A DNA stretch of 63,114 bases, the filler included, from Lenisia limosa (Eukaryota > Protista > Breviatea), in NCBI GenBank assembly GCA_001655205.1. It is 8 parts of 8 records of this genome, joined end to end, with 100 filler letters (N's around TTAATTAATTAA, not from the genome) between each part and the next. Parts side by side here need not be neighbours in the genome. Positions count along the whole stretch, not along the records: positions 51,983 to 55,124 come from LPNZ01007550.1; positions 55,225 to 61,638 come from LPNZ01005827.1; 6 more parts are not named here. One strand, written 5' to 3'. The position numbers and the translations under genes are program-made. This document shows, one piece after another, positions 51,983 through 61,738 of this stretch (position 1 is its first letter; each line of letters starts with the position of its first letter). The notes beneath the pieces were generated by a model that had not been told where the DNA came from, ran no database searches, and worked only from the letters and a program-made list of their open reading frames with translations.

Positions 51983-54900
51983 GATTTAGAAGAGGCCCTT
52001 TCCGGCTCCCACGAGTTCTCATCCGAACCCGAGGTAGGCAGGGTACCTAAGGCTTCTAGGGAAACTATTGATAGTTTTTTAAAAAATACCAAGTAGATTC
52101 TGGGTTTATAATATTATTAGTATTTTTTATAGAGAAATTTTGCTCCCCGCGCCAATATTCTTCAAAATTTTCTATTCACTAAGCCAACAGAGTTGATTTG
52201 GGCTCTTTTTGTTTCAAAAATGTCGCAAATCATCCCCCCCCCCCACTCTTGTGTTTCATAAATTACCTCTAGTTTCACCATCCAGATTGACCCTGCGGTC
52301 GGCACTGTTTCGCCGCTGATCTGGTGCGACTTCCTGCGCATCAATGCNNNNNNNNNNNNNNNNNNNNNNNNNNNNNNNNNNNNNNNNNNNNNNNNNNNNN
52401 NNNNNNNNNNNNNNNNNNNNNNNNNNNNNNNNNNGATTCTGGAGGTGGGCCTGACTTTGCTTTTTGCTTACTTTGCTTTTTGCTCACTTTGCTTTTTGCT
52501 GACTTTGCTTTTTTCTTATTTCTTTTTTTAATTTTCCATTTTCATCCCCCTCCAGGACTACCTTGAGGACTACAACCTTGCGTCGACACGCGAAATGCGC
52601 TTAGTCCTCTTTGGAGACGCCATCCAGCACGTGGCGCGCATCAGCAGGATTATTCGTCAGCCCTCTGGTGGGACATGGGGGGAGTATAGGAGCTGGTTCA
52701 TAAAACACTGATAAAATATCGATATTTATCAAGGATTTATCGAGAAATTCAGTGTTTTGGGACCGAAGGGAAGCCCTAAGTGGTGGTTTATTCGCCATCA
52801 GTCTGGATATTAGAAATCTAGGGAAACAACAAAGTGCATAAATATGAGATTTGTTTCTGTCCCTAGATTTCTAATGTATACTATTTCAAAACATTTGGTT
52901 CCCTTGTGTGTTGTTAGCCAACAGAGTTGATTTGGGCTTTTTTTTCATAAATTTTCCAATTTTTCATCCCCTCCAGGCTCAGCCCTCCTCGTGGGTGTCA
53001 GTGGATGCGGCAAGCAATCTTTGACGCGATTGGCCGCTCATCTCTCCGGCCACGCGTTCTTCTCTATCGAACTGACTCGAGCGTATGGCCCACAGGAGTT
53101 CAGAGAGGATCTAAAGACCGTGGGAAGTGGTATTGTTAGGGCTTCCCTACGGTCCCAAAAAGGACTCTGGGAAGAAGCGACCGGCTTGGGCTTTGTTTGT
53201 TTTGTNNNNNNNNNNNNNNNNNNNNNNNNNNNNNNNNNNNNNNNNNNNNNNNNNNNNNNNNNNNNNNNNNNNNNNNNNNNNNNNNNNNNNNNNNNNNNNN
53301 NNNNNNNNNNNNNNNNNNNNNNNNNCAGTTCCCGTTACTTTTTAGGTATTCCACCAAGCTGGAGTTCAGGGCAACGACATTGTGTTTATGCTGAGTGACT
53401 CCCAGGTTCGCGTTATTGCATTTCCCTATTTGGAATGTTTCTTTCTGTATTATTTCCTTATTTGGAACGTTTTATTATTGCCTTATTTGGAACATTTCCC
53501 TTATGATTGCCTTATTTGGCATGTATTTTATCCCCCTCAGATTACACACGAGTCCTTCCTCGAAGACGTTAACAACATTCTCAACTCGGGAGAGGTGCCG
53601 AACCTCTATGAGCTTGACGAGTACGAAAAAGTCCTCAATGACGCACGGACACCGGCCAGACAGGTGGGAAAGGTTGATAATAATGATGGGGGTGTGTGCT
53701 GGGGAGGCACGCAGAAAGCTGCGTGTACAGAGTTGTAAAGCAAATAATTGGGTGAATTAATATGAGACAATTATCCAATATCTCTTATAAGCGTGATTGT
53801 GTAGACAGCTTCGGCCAGATACATCCTTATTTTTATTTCTCATTGCTATATGGGGGTGTTTTTATACCCAGATTCGATTCCTTTTGTTTTTTCATAATTT
53901 TTCCAATTCACCCCCCCCCCAGGCCGGCATTCCCGACAGTCGCGACCGCATTCAGCAGTTCTTCATATCGCGTGTGAGGCGCCACGTCCACATCGTGCTG
54001 AGTATGTCGCCCGTGGGCCCGTCTTTCAGATCTCGTTGCCTCAAGTTCCCGAGTCTCGTCAACTGCTGCACTATTGATTGGTGGGGTGTGGAGAGATTTT
54101 GCCATATGGGAGTTGTTTTTATTTTATTATTGTTTTTTTATTAGTTATATTTGTGTTTTAATAATATTTTTGTTTTTGTTATATTTTTTGACGACCAGAT
54201 CATATTTTTATATTTAGCTATATGATATAATACACTTTTATTTAAGCACCCCCTTATTTCCCCCAGGTTTGACCCATGGCCGCGTGAAGCTCTTCAGAGC
54301 GTGGCAACTCGCCGCCTTCAAGGTACCCGGGTGATTTCTGTCACATTTCTTTCACTTCTGTCTCATTTCTATCATATTTCTGTCACATTTCTGCCTTTTA
54401 CCACATTTTCACCCATCAGGCCTAACCATGGCCGACTTCAACGTTCGAACTGCTCTGGCCTCAACTTGCGTAAAGGTTTGCCTTCTTCCATATAAGGATA
54501 TTCCGATATGCTTGATCTCTCACTCTAATCTCAATGATTGAGAAATTCGGTCATATTCTTGATCAGAGAGAAACCCTAATATTATTCCATTTTTATTCAC
54601 CTTAGCGTTTCACTTCGGTTCGAAAAGACTGAATTTCTCGATAAATCCTCGAAAACTATAGATATTTTACCGGTATTTTTCGAACCGAAGTGAAGCCCTA
54701 CTGATATACCTTGTATTCACCCCTTAGATCCACAATGCTGTTGTGGACCAGGCTGTGAAAATGGACAATGAACTTAGTAGAAAGTTGGGGAGGACGGGGG
54801 GGTAGTTTGAATTTTGTCACTAAAACAGATATTTCTTCCTTAAAGTGTGCATAGGTTCATCGTACCCCTCATTGGATTTTCAGATGATTTGTTTCGTGAT

Positions 54901-55124
54901 TAATACCTTGTCTGTCATAACAGACAACATAACATGGTATTCTACACCTGTCATTGTATATGATACCGCCATTCTTTAGTTACTTTCGTATTATTCGGTT
55001 CGTGATCCCTTCAATTTACCATCCCCAGGTTCTACACCACCCCCACGTCGTACCTGGAGTTTATCGAGCTCTTCATGTCCCTGGCCGCACGCAGGAAAGA
55101 GGACCTTGACGGGTCCCGTAAGCG
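51983..55124 (+). CDS. Axonemal dynein heavy chain fragment (AAA4 to start of stalk), inner-arm-like
   Basis: DYLEDYN...[70 protein letters not shown]...[24 protein letters not shown]. Confidence 0.97.
52687..52778. mobile_element. MITE M1b copy
   Basis: Right TIR TTTTGGGACCGAAGGGAAGCCCTA; core GGATTTATCGAGAAATTCAGT. Confidence 0.8.
52810..52876. mobile_element. MITE family M3; related fragments at 29989-30044 and 55654-55707
   Basis: TIR ATTAGAAATCTAGGGA...TCCCTAGATTTCTAAT. Confidence 0.75.
53697..53852 (+). repeat. Family B intronic dispersed repeat (most complete copy)
   Basis: TGCTGGGGAGGCACGCAGAAAGCTG...TGGGTGAATTAAT...CAATATCTCTTATAAGCGTGAT...GCTTCGGCCAGATACA...TTTATTTCTCATTGCTATAT; about 14 full or partial copies in the window. 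Confidence 0.85.
54603..54700. mobile_element. MITE M1a copy
   Basis: TAGCGTTTCACTTCGGTTCGAAAAGACTG...TTTTTCGAACCGAAGTGAAGCCCTA. Confidence 0.85.
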
Positions 55125-55224
55125 NNNNNNNNNNNNNNNNNNNNNNNNNNNNNNNNNNNNNNNNNNNNTTAATTAATTAANNNNNNNNNNNNNNNNNNNN
55201 NNNNNNNNNNNNNNNNNNNNNNNN
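55125..55224. other. Artificial contig spacer 6
   Basis: 44 N + TTAATTAATTAA + 44 N. Confidence 0.98.
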
Positions 55225-58200
55225 GTCGGTGTAGTAAAGAAGGCCATAGATGTGGTAGCCACGGACTCGACTGGCCAGCCCACAGCTCCCGCTGAGTCGG
55301 TACAGTTACAAGCCGAGGCCTACGACGTTGCCGTCGATATGAGTTTCCCTAAAGGATGTGGGCGGTTGTATTGTACTGTGTGGCCTAAATTGCTGTCAAA
55401 TTACAAAAGATCATACGGACGTCATTGTATTATGCATAACAGATACTACCGTGTGTTGCTTTACATTTCTTCATGATATGGTCTAAATATGCCTAACTTC
55501 CCCATGCCCATGGTCTCTAAACTCTTCAGCGGACGAGAACCTTCTTGATTTCGGCGTACTCAGGATAGGCGAGGAGGCCAAGCTGGTGCCCGGGGGTAAT
55601 AAAACTTGAATTATTAATGCCAAAACCTTTTTTTTTTGAAGAAGAGAAATAATCATTAGAAATCTAGGGAAACTCATAAATACGAAGGGATATATAAACA
55701 GATTACCAAAACCGCAGACCTCGAATCAACTAACCTTGGTCAGACCTGTAACCTGCGAAACCGAGGCAAATACCCCCTTCAGTACAACGTCGTAACTAAG
55801 CAGTCTGCAGCCCCAGGTCTCGTGACTATTACTCCCAATACTGGTGGGCTGGGTAGCAATCAGAGTGGAAGTGTGGATGGTTTCTTCTCATACTATTATC
55901 AATACTCTGACTGCCAAATATATATATCTGTAGAGTCCAGAAATGTGATACTTTTTGAACAATTGATTTTTCTGTTTTAAATTGTTTATTTAGTAATTAC
56001 AAGATGTCAAATCACCCATAAACCAACTAACACCAAATAATGTACAATTTGATAGGGTTCCATCTATGATTCAAGTTCAAATATTGCAAAAAGACTGCTA
56101 GTGTTAACGATAGACCAGATATTGCCGAATTATCCAATAATAATGGTGGTGGTGTATTCATAAGAAAATTGGATACAAATTTGACATTCTGACAATAATT
56201 TTCCATTTTCATTTCTTCTTAGCTGGCCCTAGATATGAGTTAATGGACTACCTGTTAATAACTTACTTCCACGTTTTTTTGGAACATTCAACAAAACACT
56301 TTCGTGAACAAGAGGGCGCAATTCTAAAGAGTCAGTTCACTTATCCATGCAGTTTTAGGCAAACCTGTCTTCTTTTTGCCCTTTCCTTTCGTCCATCCCT
56401 GAGTACTTTCCCTTTTTCAAGATCCTTGATTGTTCCAATCCTATCCAATGCAGTTTTATTTAACACTGCGCCTTCCTTTGTAGGACGCTTTCGCTTTTGA
56501 GGGTTTTTAACTTTCACAGATGACTTGGGGACAATTAGCTGATCCGGTAACAGATTTACGGTTGTACATCCTTTATGTCCACTAGCAACTCTAAGCTCAT
56601 TCTCATTAACAAGGTCATCAATGGGACCAATTGACAGCGCTTGGTTGACTGAAGACAGAATATTTTGAGCTACTTCAGGTTTGATATTCAATGATGGCTG
56701 CAGCATGAACAGTAGTTGTAAGTGCAAGTACTTTGGGATTGGATGATTGGAAGGCAGCAGCAGAAGCTGTGATGGCAATTGCCTGTTCCACCGCACCAAA
56801 GTGACTGATGTTTGCAAAACACGTCTACAGAGCCAATTCATTTTCCAAAGACCACATTTCAGGAGCTTTCCTCTAACTTTAGCTTCATTTTGGAGGTTAA
56901 CTTTTTCATAAAACTTTGGAAACGCAGGTGATTGAAGACATAATGACGCAGTAGAAGGAGGTGCCATGAGGTTAATTTCACTGAACAAATCTTTCAAATA
57001 ATGTGGGTCAGCGCTATTTGGATACCCCGGCTTTCTAAATGTTTCGCCACAAATATAAACAGACGGAGAGATGCGGTGAGGTTCATATCCAGTTGTAAAA
57101 AAAGCCCCTTGAGTCGGTTGAATGTCTAACAGTTTCAGAAGTAACAGATTCCAATACTTTTCGCATGAGTTTAGCCAACTGTGTTTCACCCAAACTACAA
57201 TGTAAAGCATAATTGCAGAGACTACAAACCTGCGTCCATTGGTTTTCAGTAACAAGGCAACCTCATACTTCTTAGCATCATTCATTTTTCGATGGAGAAA
57301 AGCGTTATTGCACTATGTCATTAGATTGTGCAATCGGGTTATCATACATATTACATAATACATGTATGAAAGTTCTGGAGAAGTAGATGTGTATAGATTG
57401 AGGAGATGAATAATATGCAACTTACTTGGAGCATGTGAGACGTTTGCGATGGCTCCACTTGAACAATAAATCCAAAGACAAGAGAATTCTTGAAAACAGA
57501 CTCTAGCATTATTAAAGCAATAAACCATACTTACCTCAAGGGAAACGTGCATATTGTGACCATCAATAAACAGAATAATCGGGTTACTTGGTGATCCATT
57601 CAGTTCAGCCGGTATTTTTCGAAGAGTTCTAATGTATGTTTGCGTGTTCATCAACCCTTTCTCGGTCACTCCAAGACATTGGTGAACAGAGACCTCATCT
57701 TCCTGCTGAACTTCGGTAGATGGAGGATAAATCCTTAAATCGTCGTCAGGAATTGGGAATTGTTTGGACCAGCCTGGTAAATTTCTTGTGCACGGGAGCA
57801 TTCCCCTCAGATAAACATGCTTCTTGCGTAATATCTTTTCCTCCAATGACATAACAAGTAGGTTTCATCTCACCAGCCAGTGAAATTACGGTTAAAGTGG
57901 AAGCCCTTGGCTTTCCTTCAAATTTTTCCAAAAGTGAAACAGGTCTCATCTCCTGTGAGAACCCTTTTTGGATCAACCCTCATGGAGGAAGGTATCGAGA
58001 CATGTGTTTCCAAGAGTTTGATTGCACATGACCAAATTTGTTGTCTTTGTTGACGATGATTAGTGAAAGTTTGCTGTCAGTTCTCGTCACAAATTTACTT
58101 ACAGATCAAACAAAAGACAGGAAAATGCCTGAAATTCTTGGGAATGTGGTGTAAAGTATCACTTTTTGCTAAAAAAAAAAAAAATTGATCTATTTGAAAA

Positions 58201-61190
58201 AGAATCCAAAAAATCGGGCTTATATAGGTGAAAAATTCAACTCAGGATTTTTAATTTGCAAAAATGATTTTTGAGCAATGCTGAACACTTTTCATTTTTT
58301 TTTCAAAAAATATCACATTATCAAAAAATATCACATTTCTGGACTCTACAGATATGATATAATATATATAAATATAATATTATATATATGCATATCAGTA
58401 CCATATATCGGAAATTTACCATTAACAACTGTCACCTAATCCATAACACACCCGGAATGGGGGTGTAACCTTCCTTATGGTGTGGCGGCTTCGGCCCAAT
58501 TCTCGTTTATTTTCCTCATTTCTTCAAACATGTAATATGTATGACGTCGTGTTCTTCACTTCTCGATTCTGTTGAAACCACACACTAAACACAACCATTT
58601 TTACCTGCTGAAATTCCAATACTTCCCTCTCATTATCCAGGCACCCTCACCCCCGGAGACAAGCAACCTGTAACGGTTACCTTCACGGCCCAGCCTAAAC
58701 AGGAGGTTTCGCGCATCAACAGCAGGGACTTTGCGGTCGAGTTAATCGAACCGTCCACTAATGAGGTTTGCGCATTATGAAGGGATTGGAATATACTAAG
58801 CTCTTCTATTTTTCTTGATAGAAAACAACTCTATGTTAGGCAATAGAGTTGCTGACTTATCCATCCAAATCCAAACAATATTGCAAGTGTCTTTTTGTAT
58901 AATTGGCAGTGCAATACCCCCCATTATCAACCACTCTGTTTCAGATTATTCGGTTTGTGATTAGCACCTTTATGCCAATATTTTTCATTGAAATTTCCTT
59001 CGTTTTAATCCCCCAGATTGTTGCTACTCTGCCGATAGCCATGTCCGTCCACAGTGTTTTCAGCAACTACTCCATCTCCCCAGCCCGGGGTATCCACTTT
59101 GGTCCGGTCCTGTCGTCCACGTCTAAAACCCGCATCATCGAAATCTCGAATAACGGATCTTTTGATCTTACCTACTCCACCGCCAAGGTTGTGGACGCAA
59201 TGGAAGAGGCGCTGACTGCGCGTGGGCGTATTACTGCGCGTGACAAGGGCAAAACCCCCCGATCCGCAGGGAAGAGAAAGGAGGAGAAGACCAAGACAGT
59301 TGAGAAGAAAACGGACAAACAGAGCCGCGAACGGCTCGAAATCGGCCCCTTCCTGATCACCCCGGCCATCGGCACCATTCCCGCCGGCTCCAAGGCCACC
59401 ATCAACGTGGACTTCCGAGCTTTCATGGTGCAGGAAGAGGGCGGAATTGCGTCAACGCGCGTGTGTTTCGACCTCTCAGATCGTCGACCCGGGGCTGAAG
59501 ACAATGACGTGTTAGACCTCATTGGTGAAGCTTGCGTGCCGGGAATAGAGACTGAGGATTGGCGGTCAGTGTTTGAGGAGCAGGTTGTAGCCCGGCGTGT
59601 GGACCTTGTTGTGCCTTCCCGTGCCGTATTTGCGACCGACGAGCGGACGTTCAGCTTCGGCGCCGTACTCACTACCAACAGAACCACTCAACGCTTCCGG
59701 TACGGGGTGGGGGGTATAATAGCTNNNNNNNNNNNNNNNNNNNNNNNNNNNNNNNNNNNNNNNNNNNNNNNNNNNNNNNNNNNNNNNNNNNNNNNNNNNN
59801 NNNNNNNNNNNNNNNNATGCGGGGCTGCAGAAGCTGGAGTGATGGGATGCGGTGCTGCAGAAGCTGGAGTGATGGGATGTTGTGCTGCTGAAGCGACTGT
59901 CCTAGGCTTGTTTGTTTTGTCGTTATCAACCCTCGTGTGTTGTCAGCAACAGAGTTGATTTTGTCTTTTTTGTTTTTTAAATTTTCCAATTTTACTTCCT
60001 CCCCCACTTCCATGTTATTGATATTATTCCTCANNNNNNNNNNNNNNNNNNNNNNNNNNNNNNNNNNNNNNNNNNNNNNNNNNNNNNNNNNNNNNNNNNN
60101 NNNNNNNNNNNNNNNNCGCGGCCGCAACGACAAAGCCAAGGACAAGAAAGCACCGTCCACGCCGGGCGAGTCCGTGTTCTCTGTCGAACCGGCTGAGCTT
60201 TCTATCCCGGCACATGAATCGCGCTACGTCACCGTCGGCTTTGCTCCCACCTCGCTGCAGACGTACATGGGCTTCTTTGAAGCTGTGGTCGACGGCAGCC
60301 CTGAGAATGAACCGTCCTCGAAGATGTCCTTCGACTTAAGAGGCGAAGGTAGGGAGGGGCTAAGTTAATTCTTCTTTGCTTGTCTAGTGGACGGTTTTGG
60401 TTTCATATCGTCATTTTTATTTGTTTATTTTGTTGAGTTCAACCCTCGTCTAACTCGAGTTAATTCTTGTTTTTTTTGTTCATAAATATATGTACCATCT
60501 TCTCCTCTAATACCGCAGGAACGCTGCCGCACGTGACTGTTGTGACCGGCATGCCGGGAGGCGCCTCCATCACCAAAGACGGCTTGGTCTCCCTTGCCTT
60601 CAGGAAGGTGCTCGTCGGCCGCACGCGCACTAAACACGTGACATTGCGCAATGATGGCGTTCTGCCGTGTACGGTGTTTGTTGACGCCGGCCGCGACAAG
60701 GACTTTAGTTTAGCCAACCACTCGCACAGCTTCACATTGGACCCTCGTATGACCGAAACGCTCGCTGTCAACTGCCATCCCAACGTCGTCGGAAGCAAGT
60801 CCTTTCCGATCCGCTTCCGTGTTGCCGATAACCCATTTGCCGAATCTCTGGTCACATGCACCGCTAACGCCAATGTCCAGGAAGTGTCCTTGGAGGGCGT
60901 CTCAACAGGCCCGGAAGATGACGTAACCGGAACCAGCAACCTTCGGCTCGGAGCTATTGCCGTCGGCCTGGTCTGTGACAGCACTTTCACGTTGTGCAAC
61001 AACACGCACAACCCCATTGCGTTCCAGTGGATCCCACCAAACGTTGCCACCACCGGAGTTCAGTTCACGCCCACAGTTGGTCACGTGTTAGGCAAGAGCG
61101 CCAAGACCATTCGCGTCCGTGTGACGCCTAATCAGGCCGGAAATATCTCGGCTATGGCTTCGGCAAAACTTTCAAAAATCAAATATACTG
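55225..61190 (+). CDS. HYDIN: HYDIN central-pair apparatus protein, internal fragment (ASH/Ig-like repeats)
   Basis: LLDFGVLRIGEEAKL|TCNLRNRGKY, SVFSNYSISPARGIHFGPVL...IIEISNNGSFDL, DERTFSFGAVL, FSVEPAELSIPAHESRYVTVGFAPTSLQTY, LAFRKVLVGRTRTKHVTLRNDGVLP. Confidence 0.9.
55927..58352 (-). mobile_element. pogo/Fot1-like (IS630-Tc1-mariner, DDE_1) DNA transposon, 2426 bp, inside a HYDIN intron
   Basis: 32-bp TIRs TCTGTAGAGTCCAGAAATGTGATA(C/T)TTTTTGA (31/32 identical), TA on both sides, and a subterminal TCAAAAAATATCACATT repeat at the right end. Confidence 0.9.
56341..58070 (-). pseudogene. Decayed DDE_1 (pogo-type) transposase with spliceosomal introns
   Basis: VDPKRVLTGDETCF (first D), TLTVISLAGEMKP, NPIILFIDGHNMHVSLE (second D), EPSQTSHMLQ. 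Two frame changes lie between 57930 and 57750, no N-terminal HTH is visible, and GTAAGT donors occur near 58100, 57530 and 57427. Confidence 0.8.
59818..60010 (+). repeat. Long family C copy with tandem 30-bp 5' units
   Basis: (GCTGGAGTGATGGGATGCGGTGCTGCAGAA)n followed by GCGACTG...GTGTGTTGTCAGCAACAGAGTTGATTTT...CCAATTTTACTTCCTCCCCC. Confidence 0.8.
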
Positions 61191-61638
61191 ATGTTTGGGG
61201 GGCCTGCTTTTATCCCCCTTGGACTGCCAGATATATACAGGACCATATTAAAATTTACCATAAACAAGTATCACCTAAACCATAAAATATTTGATGCATA
61301 AATAGCCTGCTTTATTTGATATTCCTTTGGTTGGCTTCGTATGTTACCCATACATACATTTTTTTTTTTTTTTTCCCCACCCCTCCCNNNNNNNNNNNNN
61401 NNNNNNNNNNNNNNNNNNNNNNNNNNNNNNNNNNNNNNNNNNNNNNNNNNNNNNNNNNNNNNNNNNNNNNNNNNNNNNNNNNNNNNATATACAGTAACCG
61501 GGATAAGTCTTGACCGATTTGCTCTATGATTCCCCAAGGAAAATCGGTAGACTTTCCCGGTCACCGAAAATGTCTATCATATTGAGCATCATATAAATGT
61601 CCGACCCCTCCCGCTGATGGGATGCGTATCTGCAGAAG

Positions 61639-61738
61639 NNNNNNNNNNNNNNNNNNNNNNNNNNNNNNNNNNNNNNNNNNNNTTAATTAATTAANNNNNN
61701 NNNNNNNNNNNNNNNNNNNNNNNNNNNNNNNNNNNNNN
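61639..61738. other. Artificial contig spacer 7
   Basis: 44 N + TTAATTAATTAA + 44 N. Confidence 0.98.

Noticed and set aside
53420-53520. CCTTATTTGGAA repeats with variable spacers as a mini-CRISPR
   Set aside because: Units are only ~12 bp, degenerate, have AT-rich related spacers, and lie inside a dynein intron; this is a simple slippage repeat (similar cases at 52455-52510 and 54335-54400).
54388-54405. U5 snRNA loop I-like sequence TGCCTTTTACCA
   Set aside because: It lies within a TTTCTGTCACATTTC-type intronic repeat with no flanking stem or Sm site.
18396-61190. A cluster of cilia genes (FAM92, dynein heavy chain, HYDIN)
   Set aside because: They lie on different contigs joined by artificial spacers, so proximity carries no information.
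11112-61738. Seven regularly structured TTAATTAATTAA motifs as a biological repeat or CRISPR-like array
   Set aside because: Each is the centre of an exact 100-nt N44-12mer-N44 block. This is an all-frame-stop concatenation linker.
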